Translations under genes and position numbers: made by a program
Shown here: piece after piece, positions 12,700 through 24,449 of the stretch
Layout of the letters: each line of letters opens with the position of its first letter
How positions within the stretch are numbered: the stretch's first letter is position 1
The notes under the pieces: model-generated
The model's input: the letters and a program-made list of their open reading frames with translations, nothing else
Databases searched by the model: none
Told to the model about the DNA's origin: nothing
Origin: Scyliorhinus canicula
Taxonomy: Eukaryota
Reading direction: 5' to 3'
Assembly (NCBI RefSeq): GCF_902713615.1
Contig: NC_052157.1
Location: 61,592,146 to 61,656,145, forward strand
DNA length: 64,000 nt

Positions 12700-12880
12700 A
12701 TTATCAGAGGGTGAGTACTGAGAGAGAGTACTGCACTGTTGGGGGGTACGTATTGAGGGACTGCTGCACTGTTGGAGGTTCCATACTGAGGGAGTGCTAC
12801 CCTGTCAGACAGTCAGTAGCAAGGGAGTGCTGCACTGTTGGAGGACAATACGAAGGGAGCACTGCACTGTCTGAAAACAG
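12700..12880. repeat. Degenerate GAGGGAGTGCTGCACTGT-type short tandem repeat
   Basis: About 5 imperfect copies of TACTGAGGGAGTGCTGCACTGTTGGAGG. Confidence 0.55.
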
Positions 12881-13800
12881 TGCTCCTGTCACCCCTATCA
12901 AAACAATATCTTGTGCACAGCCACAATACTATTGCAGTGTTACTGTCAGTCTACTTGTGACAATAAAGATTGTTATTATTATTGTATTTGAGAAGCAAAG
13001 CAGCAATGATACATCAGTACTAGTGACAGGAGGATGTAACTGCAATGTGACATGTTGACACAGGAATTATAACATGGTCACAGGAATGCACAACATTAAA
13101 TAACAAATTTGAGTGAAGAAATGTGGATCAAAATAAGAAGTTTAATATGTAAATATTGACAGATCAGCCTGAACATTTTAATCACTGGTGTAACTAAATG
13201 CAATATTGTTTATAACGAAAATTCTTCTTACAATCTAACACAGCATGAAAAAGATGCAGTATCAAGAAAGCACATTCTGATCTGATTACAAAGTTAAGCA
13301 ATATCACATTTTAGTTCATTAGTATTCGACCACGTTGGCTGCACACAGTGAGATAATGCCTTGGTTATGATGTGTCTACACAGCAGGACTGGGGAGCACC
13401 AGGAAGTAGGAAGAGTGTCAGTTTGCTGAGGAGGAGAAGGAGAATTTCTGGTTCCAGGTTTCTTGCCATACATTAAGAAGCAGCATGCCAATGTTTCATT
13501 GCCCCCTGTCTGCTGATGATGCTCTGCTTGTACATTGCTGTTATGCTGATAGAAACAATAAGCTTTTCAGAAATAGAGGATTGAGCTTACAAAATAGCAT
13601 GTTTATGCTGCACATTGTCAAACAACTATCAGAGAGATAGCATGGACTCAGTAGGTTGAATGGCCTACCTCCATGCCGGAATGACTCGATGACGCTAAAT
13701 TGATTCTAACCAGGACCAGTGTCTGGTTTCATTGTAACTTAACCCAACACCACACGGTATTTGGCTGCACTGACAGATGAGATTGTTACTGCACAAAGCT

Positions 13801-13940
13801 TTAAACAGACTGAGGATTTCCTTTAACTGTTTGCCTCTCCCAGACACAAATCCCAGCGACAGTGATAACGACAACCACAATGAATATCACAGCTCGTATT
13901 CCCAGGATCAGGATCACATCCAGATTCTCTCCTCCACTGT
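13801..13940 (-). CDS. Transmembrane and short cytoplasmic tail exon of a Siglec-like receptor
   Basis: Acceptor TTTCTTTCTGTGTGTTTTTCAG; phase 1; reads xSGGENLDVILILGIRAVIFIVVVVITVAGICVWERQTVKGNPQSV-stop (TAA 13801-13803); phase-compatible with the upstream Ig exons. Confidence 0.75.
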
Positions 13941-14124
13941 CTGAAAAACACACAGAAAGAAATCATCATTTACTCTCTGCTTTCAATCTCTCACACTAGC
14001 TGAACAATCAAACTGAATATCACTACGACATTTGCTGTAATATTGATCCATCCACTGGGATTAAATGGATCCGAATGTTTTCATTGTAAACAATCTTAAG
14101 AGTGGACAATCTGAATTTACACCT

Positions 14125-17100
14125 TGTGGTGAATGTGATTCACACCGGATTATAACCTGTATATGCATGTGTCTATATTGTAGGTGCAGTTGCACTACCT
14201 GACCTCCAGGGGGAGTAGCTCTGGGAATGCTTGAGAGTTGTACGGGGCTTCTCCCTTGGCTCCGCCCAGGACTCCTCCCCCGGGAGCTGCTGTATAAAGA
14301 TCAGTGCCACAGGGTCAGCCGGCCAGTTCACCGAAAGTTCAACGGCTAACAGGCTGGCTCTGTTGTAAGTATATTAAAACCGCTATTCTAATCCTACAAG
14401 CACGTGTCGTAGAATTGTTGGTTCCAACAATTCAATATACTTAGGAAACAGTCGAAGAAATCATGGAAGCAGCCCTCAAGCCTAGAACTCGACCCACAGG
14501 ATGCAGAGGCTAAGGAAATTTTTTCCCACTGGCTGAGATGTTTTAAAGCCTACCTGGCAGAAGCCAGCACCGCCGGAACAACGGAGGAACAAAAACTCAG
14601 CCTACTGCACGCGAGGGTAAGCCACAGAATCTCCACACAGCTGAATCCGGCCGGTTCTTACACCGCAGCGCTGGCAATACTGGACAAAATGTACGTTAGG
14701 CCCATTAACGAGGTTTATGCACGCCACGTGTTTACGACTCGCCGTCAGCGGCCTACAGAAATGCTTGCTGAATTTGTAAGGGAATTGAACAACCTTTCCA
14801 ATGACTGTAATTATCAAGCCGTCACCGCGGCTGAATATAGGGAACTTGCTGTGCGGGACGTTTTCGTAGCGGGCCTTAGGTCTAACTATGTGCGCCAATG
14901 ACTGCTAGAAAAGGAGCCCCAGGACTTAGACACTACTGTGGAGGCTGCTACCACTATGAATGTTTCCTTTCGCAGCCTCACGTCGTTTCCCGCGGACCTC
15001 GCGACCCCATCGTGGACCCCCGACCAACAGTCCCCCCAGGCCTGTGCCGCACGGCCCCCCAGCTACCGCGCTGCCAAAGCCAGTTACTCTGCTGCCCCAG
15101 CCAGCTACTCAGCTGCTCCAGCCAGCTACTCAGCTGCCCCAGCCTGCCATTTCTGTGGCCAAAGCCAGCACCCGCGGCAGCACTGCCCAGCCCGATCCGC
15201 GACTTGCAGCAGCTGCGGGAAGAAAGGCCACTATGCCAGAGTGTGCCTCGCGAAAAGGGCCCCAGTTTGTAACTCCCCTGCAGAGAGAACAAATCGCTCC
15301 AAACACCAGCGGGCCCGCGGGGCCCAAAACGATGCGGCCTACGCCCCGACTCCTCCCCCACTCACCACGTGCGATCCACGGGCCCCATCTCCATCGGCAT
15401 GCTCAGAAAGCTCATCTGAAGAATACGACTTCCTCGGGCACTCACCACGCAGCCCGCAACTCAACGCGGTCACCCTGGATCAATCCCGCCCCAAGCACCT
15501 ACGAAGTTCGATGGCTGAGGTCCAGATCAACGGGTACAGCACGCCATGCCTCTTTGACTCCGGGAGCACCGAGAGATTTATACATCCAGAACTGGTAAGA
15601 CGCAGTTCGTTTTCTATTTTTCCAGTGAGCCAAACTATCGCCCTCGCTTCGGGCTCCCACTCAGTCCAAATCCAAGGACGCACCGTTGCTACGCTCACAA
15701 TTCGAATCGCTAGTTATTCTAAATTTAAACTTTATGTCCTGCCCGACCTCTGCGCGCCACGCTTATTAGGCCTGGATTTCCAGTGCAACCTCAAGAGCCT
15801 CACCCTCAGCTTCAGCGGGCTCCTGCCCCCACTCACTATCTGCAGCCTAACCACGCTGCGCATCTCCCCCCCTCCTCTCTTCGCCAATCTCACTCCAGAT
15901 TGCAAGCCAGTAGCTACTCACAGCAGGCGATACAGCCTACAAGATAGGGCCTTTATCCGATCGGAGGTCAGACGGCTGCTCAGTGAGGGGGAGCTCAGGT
16001 GGTGGTTGTCAAGACCGGGGAAAAGGTTTGCATGGTTGTCGACTATAGCCAGACCATAAATCGCTTTACGCTCCTAGACACGTATCCCCTCCCCAGAATT
16101 GCAGACATGGTTAATCAGATCGCCCAATATTGGCTATTTTCCACGGTGGATCTGAAGTCTGCACACCATCAGCTCCCAATCCTCCCGGAGGACTGCCACT
16201 ACAGGGCGTTCGAGGCCGATGGCCGCCTCTTCCACTTCCTCCGGGTTCCCTTCGGCGTCACCAACGGGGTTTCGGTGTTCCAACGAGCAATGGACCGAAT
16301 GGTAGACCAGTACGGGCTGCGGGCCACGTTTCCGTATCTGGGCAATGTTACCATCTGCGGCTATGGCCAGCAGGACCACGACGCCAACCTCCAACGTTTT
16401 CTCCAAACGGCACAGAAATTAAATCTCACAACAAGGAGAAATGCGTTTTCCGCACAAACAGACTGGCCATCCTCGGCTACGTCGTGGAGAATGGAGTCCT
16501 GGGCCCAGACCCGGACCGCATGGGCCCTCTCTTAGAACTCCCCCTCCCTCATTGCCCCAAGGCCCTCAAGCGGTGCTTGGAGTTCTTTTCATACTACGCC
16601 CAGTGGGTCCCTCAATATGCGGACAAAGCCCGCCCACTCTTCAAGGCCACACTATTTCCCCTGTCTGCTGAGGCGCGCCAGGCCTTCAGCTGCATCAAGG
16701 AGGACATCGCCAAAGCAGCCATGTGGGCGGTGAATGAATCCACTCCCTTTCAGGTTGAGAGCGACGCCTCAGAGGTAGCTCTAGCAGCCACTTTAAATCA
16801 GGCATGGAGGCCCGTTGCATTTTTCTCCCGTAACCTATCCGCTTCAGAACTCCGACAATCCTCAGTCGAGAAGGAAGCGCAAGCCATCGTGGAGGCTGTT
16901 CGTCACTGGAGGCACTACCTCGCAGGTAGGAGGTTCACCCTCATCACCGACCAACGATCGGTCGCCTTTATGATTGACAACTCGCAAAGGGGCAAAATAA
17001 AAAATGATAAAATCCTTTGGTGGAGGATCGAATTCTCCATCTATAGTTACGATATTAAATATCGACCGTGGAAGCTCAACGAGCCCTCGGATGCCCTATC

Positions 17101-18642
17101 CCGCGGGACATGCGCCAGCGCGCAGATCAACCATCTGAAAGCCATCCACGTGACCTCTTCCATCCAGGGATCACCTGGCTCGGCCACTACATCAGAGCCC
17201 GAAACCTGCCTTTCTCCAACGAGGAGGTAAAAGCGGTCACCAGGGACTGCCCGATCTGTGCGGAGAGCAAACCGCACTTCTATAGACCAGACAGGGCCCA
17301 CCTGGTCAAGGCTTCTAGGCCCTTTGAACACCTTGCGATCGATTTCAAAGGGCCACTCCCCTCCACTAACAAGAACATTTATTTCCTCAACATCATCGAC
17401 GTGTCCTCCGATTCCCTTTTGCCATACCATGCCCTGATGTGACCTTCCACACAGTCATTTGGGCCCTGCATAGTGTCTTTACCCTGTTCGGTTTCCCCAG
17501 TTACATGCACAGCGACCGGGGTTCGTCCTTTATGAGCGACGAGCTGCATCAGTACCTGCTCGACAAGGGCATCGCCTCGAGCAGGACTACCAGCTACAAC
17601 CCCAGGGGGAACGGGCAGGTGGAGAGGGAGAACGCGACGGTCTGGAAGACCATCCTGCTGACCCTCCGGTCTAGAAAACTCCAAGTCTCCCAATGGCAAG
17701 AAGTCCTCCCAGACGCGTTCCACGCTATCAGATCCCTCCTCTGTACAGCTACAAATCAAACCCCTCACGAGCGGCTCTTCATTTTTTTTAGTGGCACTAC
17801 CACGGGAGTCTCACTTCCGGCATGGCTGAGGACACCAGGCCCGGTCCTCCTGAGGGAGCATGTCAGGGGGCACAAAACTGATCCCCTTGTTGAAAAGGTG
17901 CGCCTCCTCTATTCCAACCCCCAGTACGCATTCGTGGAGTTCCCGGACAGTCACCAGGACACAGTATCCCTTCGGGACCTGGCACCCGCTGGATCCAGCC
18001 CCCCCCTACCCCCGCTGAGGAACCCCTTACCCCGTTCCCTATGCTGCCGCCCCCGCGCGCCCCCGATTCCGCAAGCTCACCCCACCGGTTCCACGTGCCA
18101 GAACCAGCCCGCCCCCAGCGCCCCCAGTCTCCGGTCGAGCCAGAGGTGTATAAAGTTCGGACGAGACCCGCCCCGGAGTCTGCCATCGTACCCCAGCTCT
18201 CAACACCCACCCAGCCACCGCAAGAGGCTGAAACCCCGGTGCTCCGCAGATCGAAAAGAACAATTCGTCCACCGGACAGACTAACTCTGTGAGCCACCAC
18301 CCCCCGCTGGGCTCGATTTTTTTCACAGGGGGTGAATGTGGTGAATGTGATTCACACCGGATTATAATCTGTATCTACATGTGTCTATATGGTAAGTGCA
18401 GTTGCACTACCTGACCTCCAGGGGGAATAGCTCTGGGAATGCTTGAGAGTTGTACAGGGCGTCTCCCTTGGCTCCGCCCAGGACTCCTCCCCCTGGAGTT
18501 GCTGTATAAAGATCAGTGCCACAGGGTCAGCCAGCCAGTTCACCGATAGTTCAATGGCTAACAGGCTGGCTCTGTTGTAAGTATATTAAAACCGCTATTC
18601 TAATCCTACAAGTACGTGTCCGTAGAATTGTTGGTTCCAACA
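14125..18642 (+). mobile_element. Full-length Ty3/Gypsy LTR retrotransposon, decayed
   Basis: LTRs 14125-14429 and 18337-18642 (about 14 substitutions and 1 indel); TSD CACCT; PPT ACAGGGGGTGAA; gag with two CCHC knuckles, protease LFDSGS, RT, RNase H, integrase; several frameshifts and stops. Confidence 0.96.
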
Positions 18643-18719
18643 CACCTTAGCGTGGAACATTGGTGAGAATGGATTATTGCCTTGTTTGACTCCCAGTCCA
18701 ATGTTTTCCTGCGTTGCTG

Positions 18720-19165
18720 TGTGCAGGACTCGCTCCTACAGGGAGTGGGGAGACTATGGGACTCGCTCCCATAGGGATTGGGGAGAATGTGTGACTCAAA
18801 CTCATTGGGAGTGGGGAGAACGTGCAACTCGCTCTCTCAGTGAGTGGGGAGAATGTAGAACTTGCTCCTACAGGAAGTGGGGAGAATGTGGGAGGATTCG
18901 CTTCCACAGTGAGTGGGGAGAATATGGGACTCGGTCCGACAGGGAGTGGGGAGGAAGTGGGATGCGCTCCCACAGGGAGTGGAGAGAATGTAGAAATCGC
19001 TCCCACAGGGAGTGGGGAGAATGTGGGACTCACTTTCGTAGGCAGTGGGGAGAATGTGGGACGCACTCCCACAAGGAGTGGGGAGAATGTAGAACTCGCT
19101 CGCACAAGGAGTGGGAAGAATTTTGGACTCACTCCCACAGGGAATGGGGAGAATGTGGAAGTCAC
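18720..19165. repeat. 33-bp G-rich minisatellite, about 13-14 copies
   Basis: Unit approximately GGGAGTGGGGAGAATGTGGGACTCGCTCCCACA; e.g. unit starts at 18975 and 19008. Confidence 0.92.
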
Positions 19166-20640
19166 TCCCAGTATTATTCACAATATATATTAGCAATGTA
19201 GAAGAAGGAACTGGGGGCAGTGTTGCTTGGTTTGCAGATGATACAAAGATATGTAGAGGGACAAACAGTGGTGGGGAAGCAGGGAGGCTGCAGAAGGCCT
19301 TGGACAGGCTAGGATAGTGGACAAAGAAGTGGCAGATGGAATACAATGTGGAAAAATGTGAGCTAATGCACTTTGGTAGGAAGAATAGAGGCATAGACTA
19401 TTTTCCAAATAGGAAAAGGCTTCGGAAATCAGACGCATAAAGGGACTCAGGAGTTCTAGTTCAGGGTTCTCTTTAGGTTAACATGCAGGTTCAGTCGGCA
19501 GTTAGGAAGGCAAATATAATGTTGGCATTCATGTTGAGAGGGCTAGAATACAGCAGCAGTTATGTACTGTTGAGGCTGTATAAGGCTCTGTCAGACACGA
19601 TTTGTAATATTGTGAGCAGTTTTGGGCTCCGTATCAAGGGAAGGATATGCTGGCCTTGGAGAGGGTCCAGAGGAGATTCACAAGAATGATCCCCGGAATG
19701 AAGGACTTGTCATATGAGGAACGGTTGAGGACTCTGGGTCTGTACTCATTGGAGTTTAGAAGGATGAGGGGAGGTCTTATTGAAACTTACAGGATACTGC
19801 GAGGCCTGGGTAGAGTGGACGTGAAGAGGATGCTTCCACTTGTAGGAAAAACTAGAACCAAATCACAAAGCCTCAGACTGAAGGGACTATCCTTTAAAAC
19901 AGGGATGAGGAGGAATTTCTTCAGCAACAGAATGATGAATCTATGGAACTCATTGCTGCAGAAGGTTATCAAGGTATGCCACCGAGCCAGCGAAGGATTT
20001 TGCTACAGTGGAAGGACGCGAGGCCCCCAAGCGTGGAGACCTGGATCAATGACATGGCGGGCTTCATTAAGCTTGAGAAGGTTAAATTCGCCCTGAGAGG
20101 ATCGGTGCAGGGGTTCTTTAAACGGTGGCAACCTTTCCTCGGCTTTCTGGCTCAACGATAGGGTACTGGGACAGTAGCAGCAGCAACCCGGGGGGGGGGG
20201 GGGGGGGGGGCGGGGGGGGGGGGGGGGGACGTTGATTATGTTTGCTTATTTTATTTAAATTTGATTTATTTAATTTTAATTTATGGTTAAGTTCTCTTGT
20301 TGGGGGGGGGTGGGGGGAGTGTGATACATGTGATGTTACGGTATGGGGGGAATTGTGGGTGTTATGGGGCTGTTAGTTGCATATTACTGCTTGTTGCTAT
20401 ACTTGTTGTTATATTTTTATATTTTCTGTAAAAAATTCCAATAAAAATTATTTTAAAAAAAAAGGTAAGCCACCGAGTGTCTTTAAGACAGAGATACATA
20501 GGTTCTTGATTATTAAGGAGATCATGGGTTATGGGGAGAAGGCAGAAGAATGGGGATGAGAAAGATATCGGCCATGATTGAATAGTGCAGCAGATTCGAT
20601 GGGCAAAATGACCTAATTTTGCTCCTGTAGTGTCTTATGA
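19166..20640 (+). mobile_element. CR1 LINE 3' fragment interrupted by an L1-type insertion
   Basis: LFTIYI, FADDTKIC, ALERVQRRFTRMIPG, YSLEFRRMRG; the CR1 3' end resumes at 20478. Confidence 0.9.
19987..20461 (+). mobile_element. 5'-truncated L1-type LINE 3' end
   Basis: ILLQWKDARPPSVETWINDM... matches the 3' end of the 46730-51821 element; AATAAA and A-tail; 16-bp TSD AAGGTA(T/A)GCCACCGAG (19971-19986, 20462-20477). Confidence 0.9.
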
Positions 20641-20752
20641 AAAGACCAAGCGGGACGAATTAGACAGAGCTTTCAAAGAGCTAGAAAAGGCATGATGGGC
20701 CAAATGGCCTCCTTCTGTGCTGTTTCATTCTATGATTCCATGATCTCTCTCC

Positions 20753-21520
20753 TAAGACCATAAGACCATAAGACATAGGAGTGGAAGTAAGGCCATTCGG
20801 CCCATCGAGTCCACTCCGCCATTCAATCATGGCTGATGGGCATTTCAACACCACCTACCAGCATTCTCCCCGTAGCCCTTAATTCCTCGCGACATCAAGA
20901 ATTTATCTATCTCTGCCTTGAAGCCATTTAGCGTCCCGGCCTCCACTGCACTCCGCGGCAATGAATTCCACAGGCCCACCACTCTCTGGCTGAAGAAATG
21001 CCTCTGCATTTCTGTTCTGTATTTACCCCCTCTAATTCTAAGGCTGTGCCCACGGGTCCTCGTCTCCTCGCCTAACGGAAACAGTTTCTTTGCGTCCACC
21101 CTTTCTAAGCCATGTATTATCTTGTAAGTTTCTATTAGATCTCCCCTTAACCTTCTAAACTCCAATGAATACAATCCCAGGATCCTCAGCCGTTCCTCAT
21201 GTGTTAGACCCGCCATTCCAGTGATCATCCGTGTGAATCTCCGCTGGACACGCTCCAGTGCCAGTATGTCATTCCTGAGATGTGGGGCCCAAAACTGGAC
21301 ACAGTACTCCAAATGGGGCCTAACCAGAGCCTTATAAAGGCTCAGTAGCACATCGCTGCTTTTATATTCCAACCCTCTTGAGATAAATGACAACATTGCA
21401 TTCGCTTTCTTAATCACGGATTCAACCTGCATGTTTACCTTTAGGGAATCCTCGACTAGCACTCCCAGATCCCTTTGTACTTTGGCATTATGAATTTTCT
21501 CACCGTTTAGAAAGTAGTCC
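20753..21520 (-). mobile_element. CR1 LINE 3' fragment
   Basis: Open 205-aa ORF2 C-terminus (20845-21462); repeated TCTTATGG-type tail on the minus strand. Confidence 0.92.
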
Positions 21521-22539
21521 TAGACTGTAACCACTCCAGATCCCTCTTAAAGGTGTCAGAGAGTCAGCAGCCACCATACCAGCTGACAGGATATTCCAGA
21601 AGCTTCCTACTCTCTGGGAAAAGATGAACTTCCCAACATCCAGCCCTTTACAGTCAAAGACATTGAGTCATACAGTTTTACAGCACAGAAAGAGGCCTTT
21701 CAGCCCACCATGTGTGTGCTGGCCATGAAACAATGGCCTATTCTAATCCCCTTTTCCAGTCTTTGGTCACCTTGTTTACTCTGCCATTTCAAGTGCTCAT
21801 CTAAACGCTTCTGAATTGTTGTGAAGATTCCCACCTCTATCACCCTTTCAGGCAGTGAGTTCCAGATTCCCTTCACCCTTTGAGTGAAAAGGTTTTCATC
21901 AAATCTCTACTTCCTGCAGAGTGTAAACCCTTCAGGGATCACTGATAAGGTTTGAATCAATTGATTAATCAAATCTACATTTTGAAAGAAAAACTATATT
22001 TCCAGTGAACTAAGACACGTGTAACAAATTGGAAAGTGTAGTTGATTGAAACTTGGTGCAAGTTGAGAAGCTGGGAGACACAAGAAGTAAGTGCTGCAGT
22101 GCCACCACTGGTGAGAGGGTGTAAATACAATGTGACGTTTGCACGGACAGTCCCCATTATCAACAGGGACAAGGACATAATGGGGAAAAATGGTCACTGG
22201 AAAGGTGAGAACATGGTGTAAGCTTTTCACAAACAGGAATCCCCTCCCTAAGTCTCCGCCTCACTCTCTCTTACTAAAGATACACACACAAAATTTGACA
22301 CTGAGCCACGTAAGCAATGGCTTAGGTGGACGACTTTTTAAAGGATTGGGTTTTACGATGTTCCTTCAAAGAAGAGAGAGAGCCAGAGAGCTTATGTTAG
22401 TGTCTTTCAGCATGTGAAAGTATGTGATAGACTTTGTAATTTCCATGTTCCTCCATAACTATTAATGGGAACACAAAGCCCAGAATCCAGGCCAACACTT
22501 CAGTGCAATATTGAGGGAGGTCAGGTAACCCACAGGTGT

Positions 22540-22710
22540 ATGTGTTGGTGTGTTTGTGTCTGAGGGAGTCTTGGTGTGTGAACATACATGTGGAATTGTG
22601 TGTCTGATAATGTGTCTACCTGGGTCCATACATGAGTGAGTGTGTGCGCATGTGCGAGTGTGTGCATATGGGTGTGTTTAAATGTGTGAGAGATGTTGAG
22701 GTCTGTGTAC
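22540..22710. repeat. TG/CA-rich low-complexity tract
   Basis: Imperfect (TG)n runs directly after the donor site of the C2 exon stub. Confidence 0.7.
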
Positions 22711-22716
22711 ACTCAC

Positions 22717-22740
22717 GTTCCACAGTGATGGTTATGGAGC
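22717..22740 (-). pseudogene. 3' stub of a C2-set Ig exon
   Basis: Reads (R)SITITVE plus a phase-1 C before a GTGAGT donor; typical Ig G-strand pattern; the rest is replaced by CR1 and DNA-transposon sequence. Only 24 bp, so support is limited. Confidence 0.5.
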
Positions 22741-22835
22741 ATTTTGAAGGGCATGGACATGGTGGATAGGGAGCAGCTGAACCTCTCAGTTGAAGGGTCA
22801 GTTACGAGGAACACAAGTTCAAGGTGAGAGGCAGG

Positions 22836-23208
22836 AGGTCTCGCACCGCCACACTCAGCCAGGATCTGTGCTGGCTGGTGAGGGCTTCCCTGAGTGCTGG
22901 GGGGACTGGTGAGGGGTGACCAGGGGCTGACTTTGAGGTAGCAGACAGCGGGTCCAGACTGTGCACAGCTGGCGCCATGTTGTACCATGCGACTGATGCA
23001 GGTCTTCAGCTGTGCGCATACGCAGCCAGGGACCCGGGCATTCTCTGGCAGTTTTTGGCGTGGGAGCTGGGAGTTTCACCCGGTACCGCTGCTAGCCCCT
23101 CACCGGTCCCCGAATCGGTGAGGGGTCGGCGCCAATTTTTTGATCGTAAAACTCCTGTGAATTCTCCGTTCGAGCCGGCTCTTAGCCGCTGAAACGGAGA
23201 ATCCAGCC
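22836..23208. mobile_element. One end of a Harbinger-like GC-rich element
   Basis: Ends in GGAGAATCCAGCC, the same TIR family as 9855-10479 and 60989-61635; the other end was not found. Confidence 0.55.
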
Positions 23209-23872
23209 AAAGGTCCCTGTAACATATCATTATTATTGTAAAATTATTATGCTAGATTATTATTGTGAAATTTACTTTCTTGAAGTAGAGAAGCAAAGCA
23301 GATTTGTTGTTTTTGTTTGGATGGTCCCTCTGATCTGTGGACTCTTGGCGGGGTTCCATATTAATGGACAGACTGTCATCATACTCTGGTACTAGCTTAA
23401 CACTTGTTTATTTGGACTGTGTCTACACAGGTTACAGAGTGGACATGTTGCTCCTGGGAATGTTTCCAACCCCTCTGTCTCGGGAGTCTAACACATGAAT
23501 GATCGATGTCAGTGATATATCATCATCTACGTCAGGCATTAGCATGTTAATTCTGTTAACCCTTACACTGCAATTTTCATGTTATTATTTTCTATTCTCT
23601 TCTCTCCCAGTGTCAATTAGTAACCATTTTAATTTCACTGTCATCATTTTCAACCTGTGCTTGTGGTATATCAGTAATCATGAATACAAATAAATTAATC
23701 CTAATCATTTGAATGAGTCATTAACTTTTTCCCTTGTAAATTGTGACTTGGAACAAACGAAAAGTGTGAATTTGAAAACAAGAAATGATTACAATTCGGA
23801 AAAATATAATTTGTGTTATTTCCCAGTGAGTGTTGAATGTGAATTGTTGAGGAATTATAACCCAGCACTTAC

Positions 23873-24235
23873 CAGAAACCTGAAGCCGGGTAACAGGGTG
23901 ATAACTGTGGCTGGGACCATCGTCAAATTCTATTCTGAAATAATAAGGTCCTGCATCTTCCCTTGTGATATTGTTTATTATCAGGGAACATTCGCCATCT
24001 TTCAGGTCTCCAGAAAGCCGGGTCCGGTGGTGGAACCGTGGCAACTCGTGTTTGTGATCCTTGGAGTGAAAGGCTAACTGTGATCTTCCCGATTCCTCAT
24101 TAAACCAGACTCCGACTCTCGATTGGTTTCCCAGACACGATGGATAACTGTAATGACACGGAATCTGTACACACGAACCTTCCTGTGCTGTCACCAGTTG
24201 CTGAGTCTCACCTTTCCACTCTTGTGACGGTTCAG
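23873..24235 (-). CDS. Siglec-like V-set Ig domain exon (copy B)
   Basis: TTTCTCTCCCCAG acceptor, GTAAGT donor, 363 bp, phase 1-1, open. EPSQEWKGETQQLVTAQEGSCVQIPCHYSYP...GDLKDGECSLIINNITREDAGPYYFRIEFDDGPSHSYHPVTRLQVS. Siglec hallmarks: Cys in strands B and E, none in F, extra N-terminal Cys, F-strand Arg in YYFRIE. Confidence 0.92.
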
Positions 24236-24449
24236 CTGGGGAGAGAAATATAAATATTTAACACTGGGTGGTTTGTACATCCACCGGACTCAAAATATAC
24301 AATGGCACTCAATCGGGGGGATAGTCAATACTGAGGAGGACTGCAATTCTTTGGTCGGAAGAGTAGAAAAGCAGAATATGATTAAAATAGAGCGGGATTG
24401 CAGAATGATGTCGTACAGCGGGATCTGGATATCCTTGCACATGAGAATC

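Noticed and set aside
18674-19394. Several 120-185-aa repetitive ORFs
   Set aside because: A 33-bp unit keeps multiple frames open on both strands; there are no splice or domain signals.
21975-22230. Candidate C2-set exon
   Set aside because: Contains Cys residues but lacks Ig Cys-Trp-Cys spacing and usable splice sites.
23721-24194. ORF-track versions of the V domains (157 aa and 145 aa) as single-exon genes
   Set aside because: They start at a non-ATG codon inside the exon and run through the GTAAGT donor into intron.
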